From Obrimoposthia wandeli (taxonomy: Eukaryota): DNA of 64,000 nt. The stretch spans positions 1 to 64,000 of the forward strand of contig CDROCS010001089.1 in the NCBI GenBank assembly GCA_977020255.1. Direction: 5' to 3'. Positions 19,962-30,163 of the stretch are shown in pieces; positions within the stretch are counted from its first letter, which is position 1; each line of letters begins with the position of its first letter. Position numbers and translations under genes: made by a program. Under the pieces are notes generated by a model. That model saw only the letters and a list, made by a program, of their open reading frames with translations. It was not told where the DNA came from and did no database searches.

Positions 19962-22900
19962 ATGAATCTACCTATTACCGCTATTCGCCATGACATACTC
20001 GATCAATACTTAGCTTGTGAGCAAAGCACCCTACACCGTTTAATCGCTGATGCTAATATCGACAGTGGTTTACGTAGTACTATATCGGCTCAAGCAGCAC
20101 AGTTAGTGACAGATGTTCGCAAGCTTGGTAAACCATCGATGATGGAAAAATTCTTAGCTGAATACGGGTTAACAACCAAAGAAGGTGTCGCGTTAATGTG
20201 CCTTGCTGAGGCGCTGTTAAGAGTACCTGATTCTTATACAATCGATGCTTTAATTGAAGATAAAGTTTCCAGCGGTAATTGGCACAGTCATTTAGGCAGC
20301 TCTAACTCTTCTTTGGTAAACAGCTCGACTTGGGCGCTGTTATTAACAGGTAAGGTTATAGCCCCTTCCAATAAAGAGAATGAAGAAAAAAACATTGCCA
20401 AATCTATTCGCTCGCTGGTTAAGAAGTTTGGAGAACCGTTGGTTCGCACCGCTGTAGGCCAAGCAATGAAAGAGCTCGGCAGCCAGTTTGTATTGGGCCG
20501 TGATATTAATGAAGCCTGTAAAAGAGCGGCTAAATTTGAGAAACAAGGCTATTCCTATTCTTACGACATGCTGGGAGAAGCTGCGCGTACAGAAACCGAT
20601 GCACTACGTTATTTGGAATCTTACTCTTGTGCAATTAAAGAGCTAAGCGTGGCTTGTGAACACGATGACATCAAACTTAACCCCGGTATTTCTGTGAAAT
20701 TATCAGCGCTATATTCGCGCTATGAATACCCACAAAAAGCACTCGTTTTAGAGCATTTAGTACCCCGTACTTTAGCCCTCGCACAACAAGCCAAAGCGGC
20801 TAACATGGGCTTTAACATCGATGCCGAAGAAGCTGATCGACTAGATTTATCACTTGATGTGATCGAAGCGGTATTATCCGATCCTTCTTTGCAAGGCTGG
20901 GATGGTTTCGGTGTGGTAGTACAAGCATTTGGCCAACGCGCCAGCCATGTTTTAGATTGGCTTTATGCTCTTGCGCAAAAATTAGATCGTAAAATAATGG
21001 TGCGCTTAGTCAAAGGTGCTTATTGGGATGCTGAAATCAAACGCGCTCAAGTACTAGGCCTATCTGGCTACCCTGTTTTTACTCGCAAATTAAACTCTGA
21101 TGTCTCTTATATTTGCTGCGCCAAAAAACTCGTCGCGATGACCGATAGAATCTATCCACAATTCGCCACACACAATGCACATACAGTGACGGCTGTGATT
21201 AACCTCGCAAGTCAGTTAAGCACCGAGCAATACGAGTTCCAAAGGTTGCACGGTATGGGTGAATCACTACATCACCATGTATTAGAAAGCAATCAAACAC
21301 GCTGTCGAGTGTATGCACCTGTAGGTGCACACAAAGATTTACTGGCTTATTTAGTGAGAAGACTGTTAGAAAATGGTGCCAATAGCTCCTTTGTTAACCA
21401 AATTGTTGATACTAGTATTAAGCCTGAAGATATTGCCCGTGACCCTATTGATGCGGTACTTGCACTTAACGATAAAGTTGCCAGCCAGCTCATCCCGTTA
21501 CCGCAAAACTTATATGGCCTCGAGCGTCAAAACTCAATGGGCTGGGATATTACCGATGCTAAAACCATCGCTGTTTTGGAAGAGCAAAGAGCACTATTTA
21601 AAGATAGCCAATGGCGTGCTGCTCCAATTATTTGCTCGAACGCAGACGAACTGCCCTTAGCTGACGCAGAACTGACTATTATACGCAACCCTGCTAACTC
21701 AGAAGACGTGGTAGGTACTGTGCGTGATGCTAGTGCTGCACAAGTGGCGACGGCTATTGAAACAGCTCAGGCTGGCTTTATCAGCTGGAATGCCCAAAGC
21801 GCTCAACAGCGAGCTAAATGTTTAAATAAACTCGCTGACTTATATGAGCTACACGCCGCTGAGTTCTTTGCACTAGCCACCAGAGAAGCAGGAAAAAGCT
21901 TATTAGATGCGGTGGGCGAATTGCGCGAAGCGGTTGATTTTGCAAGATACTATGCCAACCAAGCAATAAAAGTCACCACTGGTACAACGGCTCGCGGCGT
22001 CATAACTTGTATCTCTCCTTGGAACTTCCCACTGGCCATTTTCTCAGGCCAAGTACTCGCCGCACTTGCCGCGGGTAACTCAGTATTAGCGAAGCCTGCT
22101 GAGCAAACAGTGCTAATTGCTGCAAAAGCTGTACAGCTGATGCACCAAGCGGGCATCCCTACTGATGCTGTACAACTATTGCCGGGCACTGGAGCCATTG
22201 TTGGCGCGCAGTTAACCAGTCATGCCAGTATTGCTGGTGTATGCTTTACCGGCTCTACCGCCACCGCACAGCGTATCAATAAAACCATGGCTCAAAATAT
22301 GCCGGCCAGTGCACCTTTAATTGCAGAAACGGGCGGGCTGAACGCCATGATAGTTGACTCTACTGCACTTCCTGAACAAGTAGTTCGCGATGTATTAGCT
22401 TCCGCTTTTCAAAGTGCCGGTCAGCGTTGTTCTGCGCTGCGCATGCTGTATTTACAAGAAGATATTGCCGATAATTTACTGGAAATGCTATACGGCGCGA
22501 TGGATCAATTACACCTTGGCAATCCTTGGTTACTAAGCACTGATGTCGGCCCAGTGATTGATCAGCTCGCTAAAGATAAAATTGAATTGCACTGTAAAAA
22601 CTTCGAGGCACAAGGCAAGTTATTAAAGACGTTACAAACCCCCAAAGAAGGTTTATTTATAGCACCAACAGTATTAAAAGTAACAGGGATAGAAGAATTA
22701 AAAGAAGAAGTTTTTGGCCCTATTTTGCACGTTGCTACTTTTAAAGGTAAAGACATCGATAAAGTCGTCGCGACTATCAATGCACAAAACTACGGTTTAA
22801 CTTTTGGTATTCACAGCCGCGTTGATTCACGTGTACAAAGCTTAGTTAGCAAGATAAAGGCGGGCAATGCTTATGTCAACCGCAACCAAATTGGAGCCGT

Positions 22901-23681
22901 TGTCGGCTCACAACCTTTTGGTGGAGAAGGGCTATCAGGTACTGGACCAAAAGCTGGCGGCCCGCATTATTTAAAGCGTTTCTTGTCAGCACCGACACTT
23001 ATCTCTCAAGTCACCCAAACCACAGAAACACCCAATCTGTGTTTAAGCTTAAGTAAGCTGCAGCAAGAAATTACCGCGCTAGCAAACGGCTCTCGCAGCA
23101 TCACTTGGCTGCATAATCTAGATAATCGCCAAACACTGCTAAGACGCTGGATCGATGAAACATCTGACACTACCTTAATCAATAACGCATTACTTGGGCA
23201 AATCGTGCCGCCAACCGCCCCCTTACAGATGCCTGGACCCACTGGCGAACTAAATATTCTCTCGGAATCCGCCAGAGGATTAGTACTTTGCCTATCAAGC
23301 AATTTTAAGGCTAGTTTACAGTTGGCTTTAGCCGCTCTATCTCAAGGTAACTGCGTATTAATGTTGGTCAATGATCAAACCGAGCACTACTTGCACGAGC
23401 TAAACGAGGTTGCACAGCGCTTAGCCATCCCCGTTACTTTTATAGCGGCTGGATTCAATGCTAAAGACCTTATCAGTTTGCAAGGTTTTAGCGCGGTTGC
23501 CAGTGATACAAATGAAGAAACTTTAAAACAGTATCGTATCGCTCTTGCTCAGCGCCAAGGGGCGCTAATTCCGCTAATCAATGAAACCTCGTCAGAGCGT
23601 TACATTTTAGAGCGCCACTTGTGTGTTGATACCACCGCAGCAGGCGGGAACGCTAGCTTGATCGCTACGGTCGAAGATTAA
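19962..23681 (+). CDS. putA: Bifunctional proline dehydrogenase / L-glutamate gamma-semialdehyde dehydrogenase
   Basis: SYDMLGE, IDAEE, VRLVKGAYWD, FATHN, FQRLHGMG, RRLLENGAN, FTGS, ETGG, SAGQRCS; no N-terminal RHH domain. Confidence 0.97.
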   Translation: MNLPITAIRHDILDQYLACEQSTLHRLIADANIDSGLRSTISAQAAQLVTDVRKLGKPSMMEKFLAEYGLTTKEGVALMCLAEALLRVPDSYTIDALIEDKVSSGNWHSHLGSSNSSLVNSSTWALLLTGKVIAPSNKENEEKNIAKSIRSLVKKFGEPLVRTAVGQAMKELGSQFVLGRDINEACKRAAKFEKQGYSYSYDMLGEAARTETDALRYLESYSCAIKELSVACEHDDIKLNPGISVKLSALYSRYEYPQKALVLEHLVPRTLALAQQAKAANMGFNIDAEEADRLDLSLDVIEAVLSDPSLQGWDGFGVVVQAFGQRASHVLDWLYALAQKLDRKIMVRLVKGAYWDAEIKRAQVLGLSGYPVFTRKLNSDVSYICCAKKLVAMTDRIYPQFATHNAHTVTAVINLASQLSTEQYEFQRLHGMGESLHHHVLESNQTRCRVYAPVGAHKDLLAYLVRRLLENGANSSFVNQIVDTSIKPEDIARDPIDAVLALNDKVASQLIPLPQNLYGLERQNSMGWDITDAKTIAVLEEQRALFKDSQWRAAPIICSNADELPLADAELTIIRNPANSEDVVGTVRDASAAQVATAIETAQAGFISWNAQSAQQRAKCLNKLADLYELHAAEFFALATREAGKSLLDAVGELREAVDFARYYANQAIKVTTGTTARGVITCISPWNFPLAIFSGQVLAALAAGNSVLAKPAEQTVLIAAKAVQLMHQAGIPTDAVQLLPGTGAIVGAQLTSHASIAGVCFTGSTATAQRINKTMAQNMPASAPLIAETGGLNAMIVDSTALPEQVVRDVLASAFQSAGQRCSALRMLYLQEDIADNLLEMLYGAMDQLHLGNPWLLSTDVGPVIDQLAKDKIELHCKNFEAQGKLLKTLQTPKEGLFIAPTVLKVTGIEELKEEVFGPILHVATFKGKDIDKVVATINAQNYGLTFGIHSRVDSRVQSLVSKIKAGNAYVNRNQIGAVVGSQPFGGEGLSGTGPKAGGPHYLKRFLSAPTLISQVTQTTETPNLCLSLSKLQQEITALANGSRSITWLHNLDNRQTLLRRWIDETSDTTLINNALLGQIVPPTAPLQMPGPTGELNILSESARGLVLCLSSNFKASLQLALAALSQGNCVLMLVNDQTEHYLHELNEVAQRLAIPVTFIAAGFNAKDLISLQGFSAVASDTNEETLKQYRIALAQRQGALIPLINETSSERYILERHLCVDTTAAGGNASLIATVED

Positions 23682-23703
23682 CTAAGCTTTTCTGCCCGCC
23701 AGA

Positions 23704-23735
23704 AAATGATGCTCATAAATTTGTGAGCATCATTT
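23704..23735. terminator. Hairpin between convergent putA and arsJ
   Basis: 12-bp stem AAATGATGCTCA/TGAGCATCATTT. Confidence 0.65.
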
Positions 23736-23838
23736 CGCAATAAATCAATTTTTTAGCTTTTGGTTAGTGAGTTCAGCTAAAAATTAGATGAAATAATGGC
23801 TCGACCTAGAGACTATTAATTGACAGTTGGTGCATTTC

Positions 23839-25035
23839 TTATACACGCAACCGCAATGATAATAACATGGCAAAGGCGATAAAAAGCGAAGAGAGCCATA
23901 AACAAGCTGCTAGCCCATACCACTGAAATACCATCCCTGATAATACTGTTCCCATTAAGCGGCCCATCGCATTAGCCATATAATAAAAACCAACATCCAT
24001 TGATACTTTATCGCTATCAGCCAATTTAATAATTAGGTAACTATGTAGGGAGGAGTTGATCGCAAAAATTGCACCAAAAGCTAACAGCCCGATAACAATA
24101 GCCGCTTGTGGATAAAAATCATTGATCAGTGCTAACGCAATTAGGCTAGGGATGACTGTTAAATACCCCGCCCATTTAACCGCTGTTTCCCCTGTTGGCA
24201 AAACCCCTTGGCGTTTGCCAGTGAACTGCGGTGCTATTGATTGCACAATGCCATAACCTATCACCCAGCAAGCCATAAAAGCCCCTACATAACTATGCTC
24301 CCAGCCAAACACGGTTGCTAGATATACGGGTAGTGCAATGACGAACCAAATATCGCGGGCTGCGAACAAAAATAACCGAGCTGCCGCTAGCGTATTAATC
24401 GCCGTACTTTTGGAAAAAATCTGCTTAAATTTCGGTTTGTGCTGCGCTTTACCCAAATCTGCTTTAAGCATTACTAAGCTCATGAGCCAAACTAACGATA
24501 GCACCGATAACATGAGTAGAATTGCACCTTGAAACTCAAACAGCGCTAAAAACAAACCTCCTAAAAAAAAACCCACACCCTTTAAGGTATTTTTTGAGCC
24601 TGTTAACAGCGCTACCCAATGATAGAGCTTAGCCTGTTTATCGTCGGGAACTAATAGTTTTATGGCACTTTTTGCACTCATTTTATTAAGATCTTTAGCG
24701 ATGCCCGATAACGCTTGCGCCAACATAACTAAAGGTATAGTTAGATATCCACTAGGCACAGCCAACATTAACAATGCCACAATTTGCAGCCCTAAACCTA
24801 AGTTCATGGTTTTATTCAGGCCTATTCTAGCGCCTAACCAACCGCCAACTAAATTGGTGACTACACCAAAAAATTCATAGAAAACAAATAGCATCGCGAT
24901 ATTTAACGGACTGTATCCCAGTTGATGAAAATACAGCACTATCAGCATGCGCAACGCGCCATCAGTTAACGTAAATGTCCAGTAGTTACCGGTAATAATT
25001 AGATATTGCTTAACTTGCTGTGTTAAATTCGCCAT
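23839..25035 (-). CDS. arsJ: Organoarsenical efflux MFS transporter ArsJ
   Basis: GNYWTFTLTDGALRML, YEFFGVVTNL.GGWL, SGIAKDLNKMSAKS, LTGSKN.LKG, ARD.WFV, DVGFYYMANA.GRL. Confidence 0.93.
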   Translation of the reverse strand: MANLTQQVKQYLIITGNYWTFTLTDGALRMLIVLYFHQLGYSPLNIAMLFVFYEFFGVVTNLVGGWLGARIGLNKTMNLGLGLQIVALLMLAVPSGYLTIPLVMLAQALSGIAKDLNKMSAKSAIKLLVPDDKQAKLYHWVALLTGSKNTLKGVGFFLGGLFLALFEFQGAILLMLSVLSLVWLMSLVMLKADLGKAQHKPKFKQIFSKSTAINTLAAARLFLFAARDIWFVIALPVYLATVFGWEHSYVGAFMACWVIGYGIVQSIAPQFTGKRQGVLPTGETAVKWAGYLTVIPSLIALALINDFYPQAAIVIGLLAFGAIFAINSSLHSYLIIKLADSDKVSMDVGFYYMANAMGRLMGTVLSGMVFQWYGLAACLWLSSLFIAFAMLLSLRLRV

Positions 25036-25041
25036 TGCTTA

Positions 25042-26067
25042 CTACAGATGTAAATCAGAAAGTCCGACCATACGCGCTATTTCTGCCGTGCGATTCGCGT
25101 ATCCCCATTCGTTGTCATACCAAACATATAGTTTAAGCTGGGTGTTGTTTATCACCATTGTCGACAGCGCATCTATCACACACGAACGCGGATCCGTTTT
25201 ATAATCAACAGACACTAACGGACGTACTTCATAGCCCATAACACCTGATAACGAGCCTTTTGCAGCTGTTTGCAACAGATCATTAACTTCTGCGACCGTG
25301 GTATCGCGTTGTAGCTCAAACACGCAGTCGGTCAATGATGCATTCGCTAATGGGACCCGCACCGCATGCCCATTAAGCTTGCCTTGCAGCTCTGGGAATA
25401 TGTGTGTGATTGCAGTGGCGGAACCTGTTGTGGTGGGAATTAAACTAATGCCGCAAGCACGAGCACGGCGTAAATCCGCATGAGGGGCATCTAAAATGGT
25501 TTGAGTATTGGTAATGTCATGAATAGTGGTCATTGAGCCGTGCTTAATGCCAATCGCTTCATGAATTACTTTTACGACAGGCGCTAAGCAATTAGTGGTG
25601 CAAGATGCAGCGGTCACAATTGGGTGAGTATCTTTATCGTATTGGTCTTCATTAACACCCATTACAATATTCAAGATGCCCTCTTCTTTAACTGGCGCTG
25701 TCACTACTACTCGCTTAACGCCTTGCGCTAAATACTGCTCTAGCAAAGCGCGGGTTTTCATTTTTCCTGACGCTTCAATCACCACATCACAAGCTGACCA
25801 ATCTGTGTCAGCTATGCTAGTGTTTTGTGTGCAAACAATACGCTGCTGATTGATAACCATACAGTCAATATCGTTTTGTGATTCACTCGTCGCATTGTGC
25901 TGCCAAATACCATGCACAGAATCAAAATTCAGTAAATGTGCTAGCGTCGATGCGTCACCTGCTGGATCATTTATTTGCACGATTTCAATGTCGGCCCAAT
26001 CAAACGCTGCGCGCATTGATAAACGCCCCATGCGGCCAAAACCATTAATGCCGATTTTTATCGTCAT
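25042..26067 (-). CDS. ArsJ-associated glyceraldehyde-3-phosphate dehydrogenase
   Basis: [48 protein letters not shown]; lies directly upstream of arsJ. Confidence 0.93.
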   Translation of the reverse strand: MTIKIGINGFGRMGRLSMRAAFDWADIEIVQINDPAGDASTLAHLLNFDSVHGIWQHNATSESQNDIDCMVINQQRIVCTQNTSIADTDWSACDVVIEASGKMKTRALLEQYLAQGVKRVVVTAPVKEEGILNIVMGVNEDQYDKDTHPIVTAASCTTNCLAPVVKVIHEAIGIKHGSMTTIHDITNTQTILDAPHADLRRARACGISLIPTTTGSATAITHIFPELQGKLNGHAVRVPLANASLTDCVFELQRDTTVAEVNDLLQTAAKGSLSGVMGYEVRPLVSVDYKTDPRSCVIDALSTMVINNTQLKLYVWYDNEWGYANRTAEIARMVGLSDLHL

Positions 26068-26176
26068 CTCACTACCTTAAGTTAATTAATAAGCTAAGCA
26101 TTTGTAAAGTACTGTGGGTGTCATCACTAAAACCCACAGTGTAAACTGCTTTTGTGACGACAATATTATAGTGCTT

Positions 26177-26199
26177 CAATATTTGAAAATAGTCATATA
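26177..26199 (-). promoter_or_regulatory. Possible ArsR/SmtB-type operator
   Basis: Minus-strand TATATGACTATTTTCAAATATTG imperfect palindrome about 110-130 nt upstream of gapdh. Confidence 0.35.
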
Positions 26200-26218
26200 A
26201 CTTATTTATTGTGTGCGG

Positions 26219-27718
26219 CTATTTTTCAATTTGCGCATGAAACTGTCCCAGGCAACGTTTAATAGCTTCTATCCCCTGCCGCATTTGCACTTGTGTCGCA
26301 GCAGAGTACCCCAAAATTAACCCTTGCTGGCCGCAAACAAAGAAATAGTTTGAAAGCGCCGCCGCGTCAATCCCCTCTTGTGCTAACTGTTGGTGAAGTA
26401 CTTTATCTGGCATTTTATTAGCCTGTGTTGCAATCAACAATAAATGCATACCACTGCTTGGCAACTCACACCGATAATACTCTGGTAATAGTGTCGTCAC
26501 CAATTGGTAAAGGTAGTCGCGTCTTTGTTGGTAGATCTTTTTTGTTTTACGTAAATGACTATAAAACCTTCTGTTTCTCAAAAAGTCGGCCAGTATAGTT
26601 TGTGTCGGTAACGAAGCTACATTACCAAGTAGCTCCTGAGCTTGATGAAAGGTGCTTATTAAGCGCAGCGGTACCACAATGTAGCCCATACGTAAGGTTC
26701 TAAATAAAACTTTGGAGAACCCTCCTGTGTAGATAACACCTTGTTGCCCTGGTGAATAAAGATTATTCGAAAGTGCGAAAAAAGTGGCTAATGGTGGCTT
26801 TTGATATTGGTATTCACTGTCGTAATCATCTTCTACTATCCAGCTATTATGCTGCTGGCTCAGCGCTAGCCAATCTAGCTTGCGCTCAGTAGACATCACG
26901 ACACCTAATGGATATTGGCAAGTGGGTGTGAGCCAAGCAATATCAATTTCATTATCAGGCAAACAAGCCCCTTGAGCATCTATTGGGCAATAGCTAATGT
27001 CACTTGAATGTGCTGCAAAACCACTTTGTAACGGCGAGTAGCTTGGATCTTCAAGTGCTACGCGCAAATTGATGGTACGATTTTTTTCTTGATTAATGGT
27101 TTTTTTATCCAACAAAGCGGCGGTGGCGATGAGTGTTAGTGCATCCCTACTTCCCGCGGTAATAATTATTTGCTCTGATTGGCAATCAAGGTTGCGCAGC
27201 ACTTTAAGGTAATTGGTAATGGCTTCTTTTAAAGGTTCATACCCACCGGCTGGAAAGGTGCGAAGGATATCAATATTCTGCTTTCGCCACGCCCTCGCTG
27301 AACACCTTGCCCATTCATCAAACGGAAACAGTTCAACATCAGGGCCCGAATCAAAGGCAAATGACGGTGCTGCTGCCTCAGTTGCTTTAATAGGTTTTGC
27401 AATGGGCGCCGCTTGTGTACTGCGGTGCTTCACGTTTCTTTGCTTCATTGCATTCAAACCTGATACAAACACACCAGAAGAAGGGCGTGCTACTAAATAG
27501 CCTTCTGCAATTAATTGATCGTAAGCATTAATTGAAGATGTGCGAGAAATATTTAGTAACTGTGATAACTTTCTAGAGGAAGGTAATCTTTGATCTTCAT
27601 GTAAGCGATCATCTTTTATCAACTTCCTCAGCTGGTTAGCCAACTGTAAATACAGTGGCACTGCACTTTGCTGCTCTAAATGTAAACTTAACGTTGCAAA
27701 CTCTTCTTCTAAACTCAT
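26219..27718 (-). CDS. MocR/GabR family regulator (GntR wHTH + PLP aminotransferase domain)
   Basis: PLYLQL..RLPSSRKL..ISRTS..AYDQLIAEGY; TPTCQYPLG; IVEDDYDSEY. Confidence 0.92.
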   Translation of the reverse strand: MSLEEEFATLSLHLEQQSAVPLYLQLANQLRKLIKDDRLHEDQRLPSSRKLSQLLNISRTSSINAYDQLIAEGYLVARPSSGVFVSGLNAMKQRNVKHRSTQAAPIAKPIKATEAAAPSFAFDSGPDVELFPFDEWARCSARAWRKQNIDILRTFPAGGYEPLKEAITNYLKVLRNLDCQSEQIIITAGSRDALTLIATAALLDKKTINQEKNRTINLRVALEDPSYSPLQSGFAAHSSDISYCPIDAQGACLPDNEIDIAWLTPTCQYPLGVVMSTERKLDWLALSQQHNSWIVEDDYDSEYQYQKPPLATFFALSNNLYSPGQQGVIYTGGFSKVLFRTLRMGYIVVPLRLISTFHQAQELLGNVASLPTQTILADFLRNRRFYSHLRKTKKIYQQRRDYLYQLVTTLLPEYYRCELPSSGMHLLLIATQANKMPDKVLHQQLAQEGIDAAALSNYFFVCGQQGLILGYSAATQVQMRQGIEAIKRCLGQFHAQIEK

Positions 27719-27897
27719 ATGGCCTCAGCGGTTAAACAAACTAGCATGATCTCGTTTTACTAGAAGTGGTATGTACTTTTTAGGCAAAAGTGGATATTTT
27801 TAAAGGTCCTTTCTAACGATACTATATCTTTTGTCTTTAATAATTAAGTGTTAAAAATCAACGCAGACATTTAGCCCTTCATTTTTGGTAACTTCCT

Positions 27898-28617
27898 ATG
27901 CAAAATCACTACAATCATCTCGATCAACCTATTAGTTTTGATGTGCCAAACTGGTCGGCTTGTGAATTTCCTCCACACACCCCAATGTTAGGGCAATACT
28001 GTAACTTAGTTCCTTTAAATCCGAGTTTACATGCGCAGCAACTTTACCAAGCTTTTTGCGAAGATAGCACGCACAAAAATTGGACCTACTTACCTATCGG
28101 ACCTTTCACAGATTTTGCTGCCTTTAATGCTTGGCTAGTAGATGTCGCAGCTGATACCGATCCATTATTTTTTAGTATTATCGATAAGAAAACGCAGCAA
28201 GCCATTGGCATGGCATCTTATTTAAGAATTACCCCACAAGCGGGCACTGTTGAAGTGGGTCATATACATTTCTCTGCCAAACTGCAAAAAACACCACTTG
28301 CGACTGAAGCTATGTATTTAATGATGCAACGGGTGTTTGAGCAGTTAGGGTATCGACGCTATGAATGGAAATGCGACACGCTGAATTTACCTTCTAAAAA
28401 AGCGGCGCAGCGCTTAGGTTTCAGCTTTGAAGGAGTATTTCGCCAAGCACTAGTTTACAAACAGCGTAATCGTGATACTGCGTGGTTTTCCGTGATTGAT
28501 GATGAATGGCCAGCATTAAAACTTGCTTTTGAAGCTTGGTTACATGCGGATAATTTTACAACCTGTGGCCAACAGCTGCATTCTTTAACAGACTTTATAA
28601 ACGGGAGCACCAAATGA
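27898..28617 (+). CDS. GNAT acetyltransferase (RimL/YdaF-like)
   Basis: WTYLPIGPF, VEVGHIHFS, YRRYEWKCD..N..S..AA.RLGF.FEGVFRQ, RNRDTAWFS. Confidence 0.9.
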   Translation: MQNHYNHLDQPISFDVPNWSACEFPPHTPMLGQYCNLVPLNPSLHAQQLYQAFCEDSTHKNWTYLPIGPFTDFAAFNAWLVDVAADTDPLFFSIIDKKTQQAIGMASYLRITPQAGTVEVGHIHFSAKLQKTPLATEAMYLMMQRVFEQLGYRRYEWKCDTLNLPSKKAAQRLGFSFEGVFRQALVYKQRNRDTAWFSVIDDEWPALKLAFEAWLHADNFTTCGQQLHSLTDFINGSTK

Positions 28618-29060
28618 CAATTTCAGTCACACACTTAGCCTTAGAAGACCGAGCACAATGGGAACAGCTCTACCGAGCTTATGCAGTGTTTTATCAAGTA
28701 CCAATGACAGATGATACGTTAGAGCGCGTGTGGGGCTGGATATTCGATGAACAACACACTTTTTATTCTCTCATAGCCAAAGATGCCCAAGGTACAGCGC
28801 TCGGCTTAATGCACTTTAGAGAAATGGCATCTCCACTGCGCGGTGCTTTTGTGGGGTTTTTAGACGACCTATTTGTCGCGCCTGCTGCACGTGGTAACGG
28901 TGTTGTTGATGCATTATTTGCGCAACTAAAAACCGAAGCGGATGCGAAAGGCTGGCCTGTAGTGCGTTGGATTACCGCTGATGATAACTATCGTGGCAGA
29001 GCGGTATATGATCGTATTGCCACTAAAACAAAGTGGCTGACTTACCAAATGGATGTATAA
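28614..29060 (+). CDS. GNAT acetyltransferase
   Basis: LDDLFVAPAARGNG, RWITADDNYRGRAVYD; ATGA overlap with the previous gene. Confidence 0.9.
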   Translation: MTISVTHLALEDRAQWEQLYRAYAVFYQVPMTDDTLERVWGWIFDEQHTFYSLIAKDAQGTALGLMHFREMASPLRGAFVGFLDDLFVAPAARGNGVVDALFAQLKTEADAKGWPVVRWITADDNYRGRAVYDRIATKTKWLTYQMDV

Positions 29061-29076
29061 GCCTTTTGTTGTCATG

Positions 29077-29093
29077 GCGAGCTTTAAGCTCGC
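29077..29093. terminator. Hairpin between the convergent GNAT pair and LysR
   Basis: GCGAGCT/AGCTCGC stem followed by TGTCTTTT. Confidence 0.5.
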
Positions 29094-29130
29094 TGTCTTT
29101 TAAGTCTGCCAGTTTTAAAATGGCTAAGTG

Positions 29131-30030
29131 TTAGCCGTCCTCTACAGATCTAAATTTAGCCGCTCTGCTCTTAATTGCCAATTTCACAAACTCTTGGATG
29201 CCTTGTTTTTTTCGCTGCCCTCTTAACCACACCAGATGCTCTTCCACTGCTTGTAATGCTTCTTTAATCGGTATCAACTTTAACCTAGGGTCAGGATGAA
29301 TATCGTTAGACAAACTGAAACCCACACCTAAGTTTAAAATTACTGCATTACATACATGCTCAGCCATACCCATTTCCATTTCGACATGTGGCGTTATACC
29401 TTGTGCTGCAAACAGCCGATTCGCATATTTTTGAGTGAATGAATCTGGCTTGTGCGCAATGATAGGCTCATTTGCCAACTGCTCAATACTTATCACTTCT
29501 TCAGTGGCTAATGGATGATTTTTATTTATAATAACAACAAGGTAGTGTCGATGATAAATAGAACTCTCTACCCCTTTCTCATTCTCAGTGACAGGAAACA
29601 AACCGATATCGGCCTCTCGATTCAGCACTGCGGCACGACAAGTTTCAGTAGTACCGGAAATGACTTTTAGCTTGGCATTTGGATAATTGTTTTTAAAAGC
29701 GGCCATTAATGGCATAAAAATAATGGGTGAAGAGGTCGCGACTCTTAACTGGAAATCTTGTATCGGTTCTTTAGGTCGAAATAGCGTTTCTACTTCTGCA
29801 TCTAAATCAACATATTCACAACTAATACGATACAACTGCAACCCGATTGGTGTTGGTTTTACACCTTTGTGAAAGCGTTCTAATAGCGGTTGCTCGACGC
29901 GAGATTCTAATTTTCTTATCTGGGCGGTGATAGCCGGTTGGCTAACGTTTAATTGCTTTGCCGCTTTAGTAAAACTGCCTTGTTTTACTAAAGCATGAAA
30001 GCTGCGAATTTCACTCAGTGTTAAATCCAT
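29131..30030 (-). CDS. LysR family regulator, resembling the aminoethylphosphonate-catabolism-associated LysR type
   Basis: GSFTKAAKQLNVSQPAITAQIRKLE HTH; LRVATSSP..MP.MA, EADI and DPRL..IPI resemble that subfamily (from recall). Confidence 0.8.
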   Translation of the reverse strand: MDLTLSEIRSFHALVKQGSFTKAAKQLNVSQPAITAQIRKLESRVEQPLLERFHKGVKPTPIGLQLYRISCEYVDLDAEVETLFRPKEPIQDFQLRVATSSPIIFMPLMAAFKNNYPNAKLKVISGTTETCRAAVLNREADIGLFPVTENEKGVESSIYHRHYLVVIINKNHPLATEEVISIEQLANEPIIAHKPDSFTQKYANRLFAAQGITPHVEMEMGMAEHVCNAVILNLGVGFSLSNDIHPDPRLKLIPIKEALQAVEEHLVWLRGQRKKQGIQEFVKLAIKSRAAKFRSVEDG

Positions 30031-30163
30031 AACTAGGGTTTACTCTTTTTGCACTAAAACGCACCGTTATTAATTCGTCTTTTAAATAGACTTTAAGAGC
30101 CTGCACCATCTAACTCAAAGAACCTAGTTTAATGCAACGCTCTTTATCAAAAGTTTGCTCAGC

